A stretch of 64,000 nucleotides of DNA. Origin: Geopsychrobacteraceae bacterium. Its GTDB lineage: Bacteria > Desulfobacterota > Desulfuromonadia > Desulfuromonadales > Geopsychrobacteraceae. Below, in pieces: positions 38,907 through 51,830 of the stretch; the stretch's first letter is position 1, and every line of letters begins with the position of its first letter. The stretch lies in contig OY759353.1 in NCBI GenBank assembly GCA_963662315.1, forward strand, positions 1,344,001-1,408,000, given 5' to 3'. The translations under genes were made by a program, and so were the position numbers. A model generated the notes under the pieces. That model searched no databases and was not told where the DNA came from. It saw only the letters and a program-made list of their open reading frames with translations.

Positions 38907-39590
38907 TCACTGGATTTCGAGTAATTCGACTTCAAAAACCAGAGCGGAGTTTGGTGGAATTGCCGGCGGAGCACCGCGTTCAGCATAAGCGAGTTCCGGC
39001 GGAATAACCAGTTGCCATTTGTCGCCAACTTTCATTTTAGTCAGAGCCTCAGTCCACCCCTTAATCACCCCACCGACAGGGAATGTAACCGGCTCGCCAC
39101 GATCATAGGAGCTGTCGAATTTAGTACCATCCGGCAGCGTACCAGTATAGTGTACCTTAACTGTTGATTCAGCAGTTGGAGAAGGTCCTTCACCTGCTGT
39201 AAGCACCTTATACTGAAGCCCACTTTCCGTTGTGACAACACCTTCTTTAGAACCATTGTCAGCCAGGAAATCCTTGGCTTTCTTTAGGTTCTCTTCGGCA
39301 AGCTGAGCCATTTTAGCCATTTGCTTTTGTTGCATTTCTGCCTGGAAGGCCGTCAGGACGGAAGCCATTTCTTCCTGAGACAAGACCGTTTCTTCTCCCT
39401 TAAAAGCAGCTTTAAGACCCGCGGCAACCTGATCGGGATCAACGTCAAGACTCTGTTGTTTCATGTTGGCACCAATATTCATACCAATGGCATAGCCGAC
39501 TTCCTCTTGCTGCGTAGCAAATTTACCCTCTGCGTAAGCCTGGCCACTAATCAGAACCAAACCAAGACAGAAAAGCGAAAACTTTTTCAT
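38907..39590 (-). CDS. FKBP-type peptidyl-prolyl isomerase (FkpA/Mip-like)
   Basis: Signal peptide, SGLQY, VHYTGTL, FDSS, VIKGWTE, LVFEVEL. Confidence 0.95.
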   Translation of the reverse strand: MKKFSLFCLGLVLISGQAYAEGKFATQQEEVGYAIGMNIGANMKQQSLDVDPDQVAAGLKAAFKGEETVLSQEEMASVLTAFQAEMQQKQMAKMAQLAEENLKKAKDFLADNGSKEGVVTTESGLQYKVLTAGEGPSPTAESTVKVHYTGTLPDGTKFDSSYDRGEPVTFPVGGVIKGWTEALTKMKVGDKWQLVIPPELAYAERGAPPAIPPNSALVFEVELLEIQ

Positions 39591-39622
39591 TGAGTGCTCC
39601 ATAAGTAAGGTTGATGTAAAAC

Positions 39623-39652
39623 AAAAGGCCCGGTGAAAACACCGAGCCCTTT
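39623..39652 (-). terminator. Terminator after korC
   Basis: GGCCCGGTG-aaaa-CACCGAGCC stem with A-run. Confidence 0.65.
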
Positions 39653-39674
39653 AGTATTACCATACTTGATTGAA

Positions 39675-40226
39675 CTAGTCAGCCATCAATTCTTTGACTT
39701 TTTCGAATCCAAGATTATAGGCCTTCTGGTTGAGCTCCTTAAATGCTTCAGGAACTCGACGCAAAACAGCTTCCAGACCTGACTCGCGTGCAACGACATC
39801 CGTCAGGGCTATCATTGCTCCAAGGGCAATAACGTTGGCAACAATAGCTCGGCCAATTTCATCCTGCGCAGCACGCATAATGGCCATATCATAGACCTTG
39901 AAATCACCTTTGGGCGGATTCTTGACAAAATCAGAATCAACCAGCAGCAGTCCGCCATTTTTGATACCTACGGCATATTTGTCAGCAGCTTCCTGGGTCA
40001 TGGCAAGACACGCATCGACGATGGTAGCCTTAGGATAATCGATAGGAGCATCGCCTATAATAACCTCAGACTTGGACGCGCCACCACGGGCTTCAGGTCC
40101 ATAACTCTGGGATTGCACAGCATGTTTTCCTTCAATAATCGAAGCAGCTTCAGCCAGAATAATTCCGGCAGTAATCAAACCTTGACCACCAGCACCGGAA
40201 AACCGAATTTCATATCTTTCACTCAT
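39675..40226 (-). CDS. korC: 2-oxoglutarate:ferredoxin oxidoreductase gamma subunit
   Basis: GAGGQG, SYGPEARGG; operon context. Confidence 0.88.
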   Translation of the reverse strand: MSERYEIRFSGAGGQGLITAGIILAEAASIIEGKHAVQSQSYGPEARGGASKSEVIIGDAPIDYPKATIVDACLAMTQEAADKYAVGIKNGGLLLVDSDFVKNPPKGDFKVYDMAIMRAAQDEIGRAIVANVIALGAMIALTDVVARESGLEAVLRRVPEAFKELNQKAYNLGFEKVKELMAD

Positions 40227-40250
40227 GATTCTCGTCTCCTATCAGGTGGC

Positions 40251-41066
40251 TCAGGCGCCCTGGGCGCGGGCAATGATCTTGGCATATTGTTCACAATACT
40301 CCGGCTTATCTGCCTGGTAGAGAACACCGGTCAGGATTTTACCTTCCAACTGCTCGTCAGTCATTTTTGCCGCGGCAGCAACCGGAACAGCCATATCCTT
40401 GAGACGCTTCATCATGTCAACAACACTACGGAACTTGTTACGACGGCCATAAGTGGTCGGGCAATCATCAAGAACTTCAATAACGGCCATCCCTTTATGC
40501 TTTATTCCTTCAGCAATCAGCTTATCAATCTGAGTTGCATGGAAAGCAGTCGTCCGGGCTACAAAAGTAGCACCCGCACCGATAGCAAGCTTACTGATAT
40601 CAAAAACTGGATCAGGATTGCCATAAGGTGTTGTTGAGGCTTTATCTCCGGTTGGCGTACATGGCGAGAATTGACCACCCGTCATACCATAGATAAAGTT
40701 ATTCATAATGATGTAAGTCATGTCAATGTTGCGTCGGCAGGCATGAATAAAGTGATTACCGCCAATTGCCGTACCATCCCCGTCACCACCGCAGACAATA
40801 ACGTTCATCTCTGGCTTGGCCATTTTAACACCGGTTGCAAAAGCAGCGGCACGACCGTGAGCAGTGTGCAGAGTGCACATATCCATGTAGCCAGGCAGAC
40901 GGCTGGCGCAACCAATACCCGAAACCAGAGCGGTATTGTTTTTTTCAAGGCCACAAGCATCAATGGCGCGGATCAGGCCTTTCATAACAATACCGTGGCC
41001 ACAGCCAGGACACCAGATATGTGGCAATTTGCCTGGGCGAATATATTTTTCGTAATCGTAAGCCAT
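40251..41066 (-). CDS. korB: 2-oxoglutarate:ferredoxin oxidoreductase beta subunit
   Basis: WCPGCG, GIGC, GDGD...NN TPP-binding motif. Confidence 0.9.
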   Translation of the reverse strand: MAYDYEKYIRPGKLPHIWCPGCGHGIVMKGLIRAIDACGLEKNNTALVSGIGCASRLPGYMDMCTLHTAHGRAAAFATGVKMAKPEMNVIVCGGDGDGTAIGGNHFIHACRRNIDMTYIIMNNFIYGMTGGQFSPCTPTGDKASTTPYGNPDPVFDISKLAIGAGATFVARTTAFHATQIDKLIAEGIKHKGMAVIEVLDDCPTTYGRRNKFRSVVDMMKRLKDMAVPVAAAAKMTDEQLEGKILTGVLYQADKPEYCEQYAKIIARAQGA

Positions 41067-42206
41067 TTAGAGAACCTCCTTAACTTGGGCAATAATCTGA
41101 GCCGGGGTTAAGGGGTCGCCATCAACCCGGTTGACACCTGCAAGCTTGCAGGTATCTTTGACAATTCTTTCAACTTCAAGAATCATTTGTCCGAGGTTCA
41201 TTTCCGGGACAACGATAGCGTTTACCTGTTTGCCCAGTTCGGCAACACGTTTTTCCGGGAACGGCCACAGGGTGATTGGACGGAAGAGACCCGCCTTGAT
41301 TCCAGATTCCCGCAGTTCGTTAACAGCATAACGTGCGGAACGGGATGAAGAACCATAGGCAAGAACGATGATTTCGGCATCATCACACAGATATTCTTCG
41401 TTAGACTCAATATCAGCACGAGCTTCTGGTTTCTCAACCTTAGAAATCTGGCGCCGCTCTTCGAAATCAACCAGCTCAGCCTTAGTTGTCGGAAAACCGT
41501 CAGCGGCTTTATTCAAACCGGTAACGTGAAAACGGTAACCAGATCCGAACCCTGCCAATGGTGGAACATCACTATTCGTCGCATCATAAGGCTTGTAATC
41601 CTCAGGAGCACAAGTCGGAGCAGTACGGTTAATGACTTCCAGTTCACCTGGTTCTGGGAACACAATACGCTCGCGCATGTGACCGACGATTTCATCGTAC
41701 AATACCTGAACAGGCATACGATATTTCTCTGCCAAGTTAAAAGCACGAACCGTTTCAGTGAAGATTTCCTGACAAGATGCAGGAGCAACGGCGATGGCAG
41801 CATGATCACCGTGAGTACCCCAACGGGCCTGCATTACGTCAGACTGGCCCGGGCCTGTCGGCATACCGGTGGATGGACCACCACGCATAACGTTAACAAT
41901 AACGCAGGGGACTTCGGCGATACATGCGTAGCCGATTAATTCTTGCTTCAGAGAGACACCAGGACCGGACGTTGCTGTTAATGCCTTCGCTCCTGTTAAA
42001 GAAGCCCCGATGACTGATGCCATCGCAGCAATCTCGTCTTCCATCTGAATAAAATGTCCACCTACTTTTGGAAGCTCTCCGGAAAGAACTTCGGCAACCT
42101 CTGTGGAGGGAGTGATGGGATACCCACCAAAAAACTGGCACCCAGCATAGACCGCACCCTGGGCGCAGGCCTCATTTCCCTGTAATAGCGCTACTTTTTT
42201 AGCCAC
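41067..42206 (-). CDS. korA: 2-oxoglutarate:ferredoxin oxidoreductase alpha subunit
   Basis: GNEA, YPITP, QMEDE, TSGPG, RGGPSTG. Confidence 0.9.
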   Translation of the reverse strand: MAKKVALLQGNEACAQGAVYAGCQFFGGYPITPSTEVAEVLSGELPKVGGHFIQMEDEIAAMASVIGASLTGAKALTATSGPGVSLKQELIGYACIAEVPCVIVNVMRGGPSTGMPTGPGQSDVMQARWGTHGDHAAIAVAPASCQEIFTETVRAFNLAEKYRMPVQVLYDEIVGHMRERIVFPEPGELEVINRTAPTCAPEDYKPYDATNSDVPPLAGFGSGYRFHVTGLNKAADGFPTTKAELVDFEERRQISKVEKPEARADIESNEEYLCDDAEIIVLAYGSSSRSARYAVNELRESGIKAGLFRPITLWPFPEKRVAELGKQVNAIVVPEMNLGQMILEVERIVKDTCKLAGVNRVDGDPLTPAQIIAQVKEVL

Positions 42207-42226
42207 TTACTGACCTCCTCTAGCAA

Positions 42227-42421
42227 TTACAGCTTATGCACTTTGATAGCAAAATCAGGGCAACGCAGTTCACACTGATTACACGCAATACATGCATCAG
42301 GATTAGCGACCTTGACAACAAATGCATCCATCTCAAGAACCTTTGTAGGGCAGAATTCAACACAAATGCTGCACCCCTTACAGTATCTTTCGATGATCTC
42401 AATTTCCGCTTTCGCGCTCAT
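42227..42421 (-). CDS. korD: 2-oxoglutarate:ferredoxin oxidoreductase delta (2x[4Fe-4S]) subunit
   Basis: CKGCSICVEFCP and CIACNQCELRCPDFAI; ATG 42421. Confidence 0.88.
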   Translation of the reverse strand: MSAKAEIEIIERYCKGCSICVEFCPTKVLEMDAFVVKVANPDACIACNQCELRCPDFAIKVHKL

Positions 42422-42607
42422 CGATGTCTTTCTCCTTTTTTCGGTATTTAAATGATTCTCGGCTCTGACATACTCAAAACGGCGAAATCCTACCACATGG
42501 GGCGAATATACGCCAAACCATTTTTCGCACAAAGCGTGAAACCTTATGAAAAAAATAGTTACCGCAAAGATCCAAACATGTGGATTATTGAATATGTTTA
42601 TTTTTTT

Positions 42608-42636
42608 AATAAGGGCAGAGTCTCTCTGCCCTTATT
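42608..42636 (-). terminator. Hairpin / terminator after mdh
   Basis: 13-bp stem AATAAGGGCAGAG/CTCTGCCCTTATT; weak U-tail on - strand. Confidence 0.6.
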
Positions 42637-42659
42637 CTCGTTATCTACAGATAAGAAGA

Positions 42660-43643
<984 letters not shown>

Positions 43644-43683
43644 TTATGGCTCGACGCCCAAATAGGCGCCGAGCCACTCTTCG

Positions 43684-45903
43684 TTACATTGCGTCAATGA
43701 TTGCGTTAAATGTTGCACTCGGACGCATGGCCTTGCTTGTTTTTTCAGGATCTGGACGGAAGTATCCGCCGATATCCGCAGGACTTCCTTGAGCAGCCAG
43801 CAACTCAGCATCAATCTTCGCTGCGTTGTCAGCCAAAGCTTTGGCTACTGGCGCAAACCGAGCTTTCAACTCAGCATCTTCATTTTGGGCAGCCAGCGCT
43901 TCAGCCCAGTAAAGAGCCAGATAGAAACTGCCACCACGGTTATCAATTTCATTGACCTTACGTGACGGAAGCTTCTGATTCTCCAGATATTGTCCGATAC
44001 CGGCATCCAGAGTCTTGGCAAGAACCGCAGCCTTGGGATTATTATCGTTGGTTGCGATCATTTCCAGCGAAGGGACAAGCGCACAATATTCCCCCAGGGA
44101 ATCCCAGCGGATATGACCTTCTTTTAGAAACTGTTGAACGTGCTTCGGCGCAGAGCCACCAGCCCCTGTTTCAAACAGGCCGCCACCTGCCAACAGAGGA
44201 ACAATAGACAACATCCGGGCGCTGGTTCCCAGCTCCAGAATCGGGAACAGGTCGGTGAGGTAATCACGCAAAACGTTACCAGTTGCCGAGATGGTATTCA
44301 GCCCCTTACGAATACGCTCAAGAGAAAACCTCATAGCCTCAACAGGAGGAAGAATTTTAATCTCACACCCTGCAGGATCAAATTCAGGCAGATAGGCGTT
44401 CACCTTTTTAATTATTTCTGCATCATGTCCACGGTTTTCATCAAGCCAGAAAACAACCGGCTCACCCGATGCCTTGGATCTGTTAACGGCAAGCTTGACC
44501 CAATCCTTGATAGAAACATCTTTAGTCTGACAGGCACGGAAAATATCGCCCTCTTCAACCGTTTGCTCCAGAAGAGTTTCCCCTGTTGATGACACAACGC
44601 GAATAACACCGGCAGCAGGAGCAATAAAGGTCTTATCATGAGACCCGTATTCTTCAGCTTTTTTAGCCATCAGCCCAACATTGGAAACACTACCCATGGT
44701 CGCCGGATCAAACTGTCCGTTGCGTTTGGCATCTTCAATAATTTCACCATACATCGTTGCATAGCAACGATCAGGAACCATGGCGATCGTATCCTGCAGT
44801 TCATCCTGCAGATTCCACATCTTGCCACCATCACGCACAACATTTGGCATAGAGGCATCAACAATAACATCATTTGGTACGTGAAGATTGGTAATGTTGT
44901 TACGCGAGTCGACCATCGCCAGAGCAGCCTGCGTTGCGTAACAGGCATTGATGTCAGCTTCGATTTCGGCTTTTTTCTCAGCAGGAAGCTTGTCGAGCTT
45001 GCCAAGAATATCCCCAAGACCAAGATTTGGATTAGCACCAATCTCAACCAGAACAGCAGCATGTTTTTCAAGGGCAGCCTTAAAATAGACAGAAACAGCA
45101 TGGCCAAACATGACCGGATCAGAAACCTTCATCATGGTTGCTTTCAAATGCAACGACAGCAACGCATTTTTAGCTTTTGCCTCAGCAGCAGTCTCAGCAT
45201 AGAACTTGCGCAAAGCAGCAACATTCATCACGGAACTATCAAGAACTTCCCCAGCCAACAAGGGCAGGGATTCTTTAAGCACCTCAGTGCCCTGAGCACC
45301 AACAAATTCAATTTTAACAGTATCTGCAGCGGTCATAGTAACCGACTTCTCGGTACCATAAAAATCACCTTCACTCATATGGGCGACACGACAATTTGAC
45401 TGGGCAGGCCAGGCTTTCATCATGCGATGGGGATTTTTCTGAGCAAATGCTTTAACAGACCCTGCGGCACGACGGTCAGAGTTACCTTCACGCAACACCG
45501 GATTAACAGCTGAACCAAGAACCTTGGCAAAACGCGCCTGAAGAGCCTTTTCTTCGGCAGTTTTAGCTTCTTCTGGGTAACTGGGAATATCATATCCTTT
45601 CTGCTGGAGCTCTTTAATGGCAGCTTGCAGCTGAGGGATAGAAGCACTGATATTAGGCAGTTTGATAACGTTAGCTTCTGGAGACTTAACCAGATCACCA
45701 AGTTCCGCCAGAAAATCAGGAATCCTTTGCTCGTCACTCAAGTTCTCAGGAAAGTTAGCAATAATTCTTCCGGACAACGAAATATCCTTGGTCTCAACTT
45801 CAATATCAGACCCCTTAGTAAAAGCCTGAACAACAGGAAGGAATGCATATGTTGCAAGCGCTGGGGCCTCGTCAATTTCTGTCCAGATAATCTTTGATGA
45901 CAT
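43684..45903 (-). CDS. icd: Monomeric NADP-dependent isocitrate dehydrogenase
   Basis: [44 protein letters not shown]. Confidence 0.97.
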   Translation of the reverse strand: MSSKIIWTEIDEAPALATYAFLPVVQAFTKGSDIEVETKDISLSGRIIANFPENLSDEQRIPDFLAELGDLVKSPEANVIKLPNISASIPQLQAAIKELQQKGYDIPSYPEEAKTAEEKALQARFAKVLGSAVNPVLREGNSDRRAAGSVKAFAQKNPHRMMKAWPAQSNCRVAHMSEGDFYGTEKSVTMTAADTVKIEFVGAQGTEVLKESLPLLAGEVLDSSVMNVAALRKFYAETAAEAKAKNALLSLHLKATMMKVSDPVMFGHAVSVYFKAALEKHAAVLVEIGANPNLGLGDILGKLDKLPAEKKAEIEADINACYATQAALAMVDSRNNITNLHVPNDVIVDASMPNVVRDGGKMWNLQDELQDTIAMVPDRCYATMYGEIIEDAKRNGQFDPATMGSVSNVGLMAKKAEEYGSHDKTFIAPAAGVIRVVSSTGETLLEQTVEEGDIFRACQTKDVSIKDWVKLAVNRSKASGEPVVFWLDENRGHDAEIIKKVNAYLPEFDPAGCEIKILPPVEAMRFSLERIRKGLNTISATGNVLRDYLTDLFPILELGTSARMLSIVPLLAGGGLFETGAGGSAPKHVQQFLKEGHIRWDSLGEYCALVPSLEMIATNDNNPKAAVLAKTLDAGIGQYLENQKLPSRKVNEIDNRGGSFYLALYWAEALAAQNEDAELKARFAPVAKALADNAAKIDAELLAAQGSPADIGGYFRPDPEKTSKAMRPSATFNAIIDAM

Positions 45904-46054
45904 CTTTTTTCTTCTCCTTAGTGTTTACTTTCTTCAATTACAGCGACCTAATTAATCTCTCCGAACACAAAAAACTTCCTAACCACTCATTGCCTCGACT
46001 GTTCCGCCCATTTTCAAACATCGTTACAGTCCCAGCGATAGAACAATATATCAC

Positions 46055-46088
46055 TGTATACAGTATACAAACCAGGCATTAGTGTCAA
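46055..46088 (-). promoter_or_regulatory. icd promoter with palindromic operator
   Basis: TTGACA at 46088-46083; perfect palindrome TGTATAC-A-GTATACA at 46055-46069 over the -10 region. Confidence 0.7.
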
Positions 46089-46262
46089 GAAACATTCAAA
46101 TTTAAAACTGTTAAATTTACATCAAATTTAAAACAAACTAAGGTATTGTTATTAATAAAAAAATATACATAACAAAAAAAGGAATGGATAGAGATTACCA
46201 GAAACCTGCCCTCTTCTCCTCTGGCATCTTTTAAAAAATGAAACAGCAAGCTTGCCTGAAAA

Positions 46263-47027
46263 TCAGAATAGATTTAAAGCTTGGGCTTCCTGTCTTGCAG
46301 CATCAACTTCTGCAGTCGTTTTATCACGCGGGATAACAAGGTTCTGACCAACAAATATTTCGCGCGGATCTTTAATCTGATCCCGATTAGCCTTATAAAT
46401 CAAAGGCCACAGATCGGCATCGTCATAAACTTCCGGTCGCGCAGAAATATCAGCGAGGCTCTCTCCTGCCTGAACCTGGATTTTTGCCACCAATGGCTGT
46501 GGCTTCGGCACTAAGGGCTCTTCTTTTGAGGGGACAGAGACCTTGGCCTGACGTTCTTGCTTCTTTTTTAGCAATTCTTTACGCCGCCCAGCCTCCTGCT
46601 GCTGTCTCAACCTGAGTTCCTGAGCCTGACGTTGCTGTTCTTCAAGTTCGCGTTTTTTCCGTATTTCAAGTTCCAGTTGCTCCAAGCGCTTTTGCTTGGT
46701 AACCAGAGCTTGCTCTTCAGCTAACTGCCGTTTGATTTCAATCGTAAGACTCAGCGCCTCAGCGGAATAACGCTGAGCAAGCTCCAAGGTCCGCTGGGCC
46801 ACGCGATAATCCTTATCTTTTATCTGCTGCTCAGCAGCCTGCAACGCGCTACTTGAGAGCTGATACTCCCCCGGTGCAAACTCAGCAGCACCTGATGCAT
46901 AAGCATGAGCAACAATATTTCTCACCTCTTCCAATCGCGTGCTTGGTGGCTGGGCACAGCCACCAAGCAGGATTAGAGTGACACAAATAACCGGAATCAG
47001 ACGTATAAGCATCTGACCGCTGTTCAT
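46263..47027 (-). CDS. Lipoprotein with coiled coil and C-terminal LysM-like domain
   Basis: LGGC lipobox; VQAGESL..IS...WPLIYKANRDQIKDP..IFVGQNLVIP. Confidence 0.85.
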   Translation of the reverse strand: MNSGQMLIRLIPVICVTLILLGGCAQPPSTRLEEVRNIVAHAYASGAAEFAPGEYQLSSSALQAAEQQIKDKDYRVAQRTLELAQRYSAEALSLTIEIKRQLAEEQALVTKQKRLEQLELEIRKKRELEEQQRQAQELRLRQQQEAGRRKELLKKKQERQAKVSVPSKEEPLVPKPQPLVAKIQVQAGESLADISARPEVYDDADLWPLIYKANRDQIKDPREIFVGQNLVIPRDKTTAEVDAARQEAQALNLF

Positions 47028-47055
47028 CTAAAGAAAACCGCTTATAAACAGAATT

Positions 47056-48843
47056 TTAATTCTGTTTGCTACGCAGGCGAATCCCAAGCTCACGCAACTG
47101 CTTCTCAGCAACTTCATTCGGAGCATCAGAAAGCAGACAGGTCGCCTTCTGAGTTTTCGGGAATGCAATAACGTCACGAATTGAATCAGCCCCAGTCAGA
47201 ATCATCATCAAACGATCAAGACCAAAAGCAATCCCGCCGTGCGGTGGTGCACCAAAACTCAAAGCATCCAGCAGGAAGCCAAACTTCTCCCTGGCCTCGT
47301 CATTCCCGATCCCAAGCAATTCAAACATTCTCGACTGTACTGTCTGATCATGAATACGGATACTACCACCACCGACCTCAGATCCATTAAGCACCAGATC
47401 ATAAGCCTGAGCTCGAGCCTTGCCCGGATCACTATCGAGCAACGGAATGTCTTCCTCCATCGGCGAGGTAAACGGATGATGAACTGCAACGTGACGATTT
47501 TCCTCTTCATCCCACTCAAGCAGTGGGAAATCGGTAACCCAGACGAACTTAAAGATATTTTTATCTGCCAAACCGAGTTTTTGCCCAAGATGACCACGCA
47601 ACCGACCCAAGGCTTCATTGGCCACTTTCGGGGTGTCTGCCATAAAGAGCAGCAGGTCACCAACCTGAGCATCAAGTTTGGTATTTAAAGCATCAAGTTC
47701 AGCCTCGGTAAAGAACTTGGCGATGGGAGACTGCCAACCCTCTTCAGTAACTTTTACCCACGCAAGACCTTTTGCCCCGTAGATTTTGACAAACTCAGTC
47801 AGATCATCAAGCTCTTTGCGGGAAAAAGTTGCACACCCTTTTGCGTTCAGAGCCTTCACCAATCCACCATTCGCTGCAACATCTGCGAACACTTTAAACT
47901 GAGAGCCTGCAACCAGATCTGTGATATTGACAAGTTCAAGATCAAAGCGCAGATCAGGGTTATCAACCCCGAAACGTTCCATCGCTTCCTGATAAGTCAA
48001 GCGCGGCATCGGCAATGAAACATCAACACCGATTGCGGCCTTAAACACTTTGGCGACCATACCTTCCATAACACTGATGACGTCATCGCGGCTGACGAAA
48101 CTCAACTCGCAGTCAATCTGCGTAAATTCTGGCTGACGATCAGCGCGCAGGTCTTCGTCGCGGAAACACTTGACAATCTGAAAATAGCGATCAAAACCGG
48201 CCACCATAAGCAACTGCTTAAACAATTGCGGTGACTGAGGCAAAGCATAAAACTTACCGACATTAACACGACTCGGCACCAAATAATCACGAGCACCTTC
48301 TGGAGTGCTTTTAGTCAGAACTGGCGTCTCTACCTCTATAAAACCTTCGTTATCCAGATAATTACGCACGGTTTTTGCGACAAGATGGCGCATCATCAGG
48401 TTATTTTGCAGAGCAGACCGACGCAGGTCCAGGAAACGATATTTCAGCCGAATGTTTTCAGCGACCTCGGTGTACTCATCAAGCATAAATGGCGGAGTCT
48501 CTGAGCTATTGAGAATAAGCAGTTCATTGATCTCAATTTCAACTTCACCGGTTTTCATCTTGGGGTTGATTGTCCCTTCAGGACGAGCGGAAACCTTACC
48601 CCGTGCGGCAATAACAAATTCATTCCGAATCTGCTCTGCCTTTTTATGCGATTCTGCATCACGATCCGGATCCAGGGCCAGTTGAACAATACCCTCACGA
48701 TCGCGTAAATCAATAAAAATCAAACCTCCATGGTCCCGGCGTCTTTGTACCCACCCCATGACGCAAACATCCTGGCCGATAAGTTCAGCCGTCAGTTCTC
48801 CACAGCGATGAGTCCGTTTCCAATCACCAAGTTTGTCGTTCAA
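47056..48843 (-). CDS. aspS: Aspartate--tRNA ligase
   Basis: [35 protein letters not shown] start at 48843 after GGAGG. Confidence 0.97.
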   Translation of the reverse strand: MNDKLGDWKRTHRCGELTAELIGQDVCVMGWVQRRRDHGGLIFIDLRDREGIVQLALDPDRDAESHKKAEQIRNEFVIAARGKVSARPEGTINPKMKTGEVEIEINELLILNSSETPPFMLDEYTEVAENIRLKYRFLDLRRSALQNNLMMRHLVAKTVRNYLDNEGFIEVETPVLTKSTPEGARDYLVPSRVNVGKFYALPQSPQLFKQLLMVAGFDRYFQIVKCFRDEDLRADRQPEFTQIDCELSFVSRDDVISVMEGMVAKVFKAAIGVDVSLPMPRLTYQEAMERFGVDNPDLRFDLELVNITDLVAGSQFKVFADVAANGGLVKALNAKGCATFSRKELDDLTEFVKIYGAKGLAWVKVTEEGWQSPIAKFFTEAELDALNTKLDAQVGDLLLFMADTPKVANEALGRLRGHLGQKLGLADKNIFKFVWVTDFPLLEWDEEENRHVAVHHPFTSPMEEDIPLLDSDPGKARAQAYDLVLNGSEVGGGSIRIHDQTVQSRMFELLGIGNDEAREKFGFLLDALSFGAPPHGGIAFGLDRLMMILTGADSIRDVIAFPKTQKATCLLSDAPNEVAEKQLRELGIRLRSKQN

Positions 48844-48933
48844 GACGATCCTCCGACTCTTATTCTTGTGCCTTTCGGCAACATTGAAAGTATATGGCTC
48901 TCCTAAAGGGAGCAGCAACAATGAAAAAGGTAA

Positions 48934-50187
48934 CTAGCTATTATTCGTGGTTAACAGGTCGACAAGAGCGGTTAATGAGACTTCACTCTCAGCACCGTCG
49001 GCCATCCTTTTCAATTTAGCATGTCCTGAGCGAATTTCCTCATCCCCCAGAACAATTGTATTTTCAGCCTGCAACTTATTCGCGCGCCGCATCTGCGACT
49101 TCAGACTCTTCCCCTGATAGTCCATTTCAGCATAGACACCTGCGGCCTGCAATTGAGACATCAGTGTAAAAGCTGTATCTGCTGCAGTGTCACCCAGTGC
49201 TGCTATAAACAACTTAGGCACCCTCAAACCGATCCCCTTGGCGCCCTTCAGCAACACTAACCTTTCCATGCCAATAGCAAACCCGATACCGGGCAGAGCA
49301 GGCCCCCCCAAACTCTCAACCAGGCCATCATAACGTCCACCAGCAGCAACAGCACTTTGCGATCCCAATTGATCAGTAACTAATTCAAAAGTAGTGCGCA
49401 CATAATAATCAAGACCACGCACCATTCTGGCATTCACCTCATAGGGAATGGCCAGATTATCAAGGTATTTTTTTACCTGCCCGAAATGATTATGACAATG
49501 ACCACAAAGATGATCCAAAACACTCGGCGCATCGTGGGTTGATTCTTTACAGCCGGGAATTTTGCAGTCGAGAACCCGCAGTGGATTTGTGGCGTAACGG
49601 CGCTGGCAATCGTCACATAAATCGGACAGCCGACTTTCCAGAAAAGCGATCAGCTTAGCACGGTATTGCGGTCGACATTCAGGACAACCAAGAGAATTGA
49701 TCTGCAAAGTTACAGCATTAATCTCTATGGTAGAAAAATATTGATGCAACATAGCCAGAACCTGAGCATCAATTTTCGGATCTTCAACCCCAAGCACCTC
49801 GGCACCCAACTGATGGAACTGCCGATAGCGTCCCTTCTGGGGGCGCTCATAGCGAAACATTGGCCCCAAGTAATAAAGTTTGGTCACCGGGTCCAGAGTA
49901 TGGAGCCGGTTCTGAATAAAAGCACGCATAACCGGTGCCGTCCCCTCAGGCCGCAAAGTCAGAGAATTGTCACTCTTATCATTAAAAGTATACATCTCCT
50001 TTTCAACAATATCGGTCGTCTCCCCGATGGAGCGGCAAAACAACTCCGTTTTTTCAGGAACAGGGGTCCTGATTTCTGAAAAACCGTAAGTCCCGAAAAC
50101 TTCACGCGCTGACTGCTCAAGAAACTGCCAGATTTCGACGTCTCCCGGCAAGATATCATTCATTCCTTTAATCGCGGCGATACTCAA
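48934..50187 (-). CDS. hisS: Histidine--tRNA ligase
   Basis: LRPEGTA, FRYERPQKGRYRQF, VRGLDYY, GGRYD; probable TTG start at 50187. Confidence 0.97.
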   Translation of the reverse strand: MSIAAIKGMNDILPGDVEIWQFLEQSAREVFGTYGFSEIRTPVPEKTELFCRSIGETTDIVEKEMYTFNDKSDNSLTLRPEGTAPVMRAFIQNRLHTLDPVTKLYYLGPMFRYERPQKGRYRQFHQLGAEVLGVEDPKIDAQVLAMLHQYFSTIEINAVTLQINSLGCPECRPQYRAKLIAFLESRLSDLCDDCQRRYATNPLRVLDCKIPGCKESTHDAPSVLDHLCGHCHNHFGQVKKYLDNLAIPYEVNARMVRGLDYYVRTTFELVTDQLGSQSAVAAGGRYDGLVESLGGPALPGIGFAIGMERLVLLKGAKGIGLRVPKLFIAALGDTAADTAFTLMSQLQAAGVYAEMDYQGKSLKSQMRRANKLQAENTIVLGDEEIRSGHAKLKRMADGAESEVSLTALVDLLTTNNS

Positions 50188-50403
50188 TTTTTTATCCTCT
50201 TTCATACAAAAATCAAAAACCGGTAATAACGCAGGCTGGTCACTTATAAAATAAATAAGTTCAACAATCAGACCGGAGATAACGCAAGCCTTGAAACATA
50301 CCTTATTTTGCCCTTCTCGCAAAGGCTGACTTGCAAATATTGTGTATTTTTTTGAGGAATCTGTCCAGAGGAAGACGTGATGCGACAAAGAAATGAGTTT
50401 ACC

Positions 50404-51780
50404 TTAACGAGGAGAAATTTCAGAGGAACCGCAGGTAATATTACGAATCCCCTTACCAGAGTACATGGCCTTATCAGCGAGGTGCAACAACTGCTCCTGA
50501 TCTTTGGCATCCACAGGATAGGTAGAAAAACCGGTTGTTACCGTCATATAACTCGGGAAACCTTGTTCATCAAGAAACGTATGTCCTTCGATTTTCTTGC
50601 GAATCCGCTCTGCAACACAGCGCGCGCCTTCGGCATCCGATTCGACCAGCAGTACTGCGAATTCATCCCCCCCATAGCGAAACAGGGTATCAACGGTTCG
50701 AACACATTCCCGTAGCAACTCGCCAACCTCCGTCAAGGCCGCACTACCAGCGAGATGTCCGTGGGTATCATTGATATTCTTAAAATGATCAAGATCAAGA
50801 AATAACAAGGAAAACATCAGGCCATAACGCTGTGCACGTTTAATTTCATGACTGAGGGCCACCTTCATGTAACGATGATTATACAAACCGGTCAGATCAT
50901 CGGTATACATCAATTGTTGAACACTCTGGTACCGGCAGGCGTTATACACGCCCAACAAAATCTGATCACACAAATAGCGCAGATCAGGACAATCGAATTG
51001 AGCCGAAACGCTTTCAGACACGCCACCGAGCAGAACCGTAACAATCGTGCCACTTTCGTCAGAACCACCCAGCGCCCAATAAATCTCATCCTGAAGTGCT
51101 AACCGGATTAAACGACCGGTTTTGGGGGGCACAATGCCTTGAGCACCATACAATTCGGTTATCTGCGATTTCAAACCGCCAACAACCTGGTTTGCCCTCT
51201 CCTCTGCAATACCATCACTGGCCAGCACGACCGGAAAACCATCGCTTGCCAGAATGAAAGCCATTCCTGAAGCCGCAGAAGTTTCACGCAAAAGCAGAGT
51301 CATTGCTTGTGGTAAAAGTTTGTCAAAATCAAGAAGAGCCGCTAACTCCTGGGCATTCATAAACAGCTGCACCCGTTTGCGCAATTCATCATTTTCAGCG
51401 AGCAACTTCCTCTGCTCCAGGCAATTACGCACGATATGCTGCAATTCTGCAGGATCAAACGGCTTTACCAGATAATCCCGGGCCCCACTTTTCAGGGCAT
51501 CGATCGCAGATTCAAGGCTGGCATGCCCAGTAACCAGAATGACGTCAGCTGGATTTTTCCCACTCCGGACAGCTCTTAAAATATCAAGGCCGTCCTTATC
51601 CGGCATAACCATATCGGTCAGGACCAGATCAAATGATTCTTCAGCAAGAAGCCTTATAGCCTCATCCCCACTGCCACAAACTGTCACCTGATACTGATCC
51701 TGCCGCAGCAAATCACTGTATAGATTACGAAAAAACAGTTCGTCGTCGACGACCAGAATATGTGACTGGACTACAACCAT
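50404..51780 (-). CDS. Response-regulator diguanylate cyclase (REC-middle domain-GGDEF)
   Basis: REC domain (VVDD, TD, KP), DDLTGLYN, RTVD I-site, RYGGDEF. Confidence 0.92.
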   Translation of the reverse strand: MVVVQSHILVVDDELFFRNLYSDLLRQDQYQVTVCGSGDEAIRLLAEESFDLVLTDMVMPDKDGLDILRAVRSGKNPADVILVTGHASLESAIDALKSGARDYLVKPFDPAELQHIVRNCLEQRKLLAENDELRKRVQLFMNAQELAALLDFDKLLPQAMTLLLRETSAASGMAFILASDGFPVVLASDGIAEERANQVVGGLKSQITELYGAQGIVPPKTGRLIRLALQDEIYWALGGSDESGTIVTVLLGGVSESVSAQFDCPDLRYLCDQILLGVYNACRYQSVQQLMYTDDLTGLYNHRYMKVALSHEIKRAQRYGLMFSLLFLDLDHFKNINDTHGHLAGSAALTEVGELLRECVRTVDTLFRYGGDEFAVLLVESDAEGARCVAERIRKKIEGHTFLDEQGFPSYMTVTTGFSTYPVDAKDQEQLLHLADKAMYSGKGIRNITCGSSEISPR

Positions 51781-51830
51781 AAGCTCCCTATAATTAATAA
51801 CAATTATTTATCAATTATTGGATAAATATG

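Noticed and set aside
44638..45399. 253-aa plus-strand ORF and similar antisense ORFs over acnB, pilB, aspS and pilQ
   Set aside because: Shadows of well-supported minus-strand genes
50188..50388. N-terminal extensions given by the ORF track (hisS; also aspS, pilW, korD, dedA, pilin 2, xapA-like)
   Set aside because: Downstream starts have better RBS or overlap geometry and match where family motifs begin
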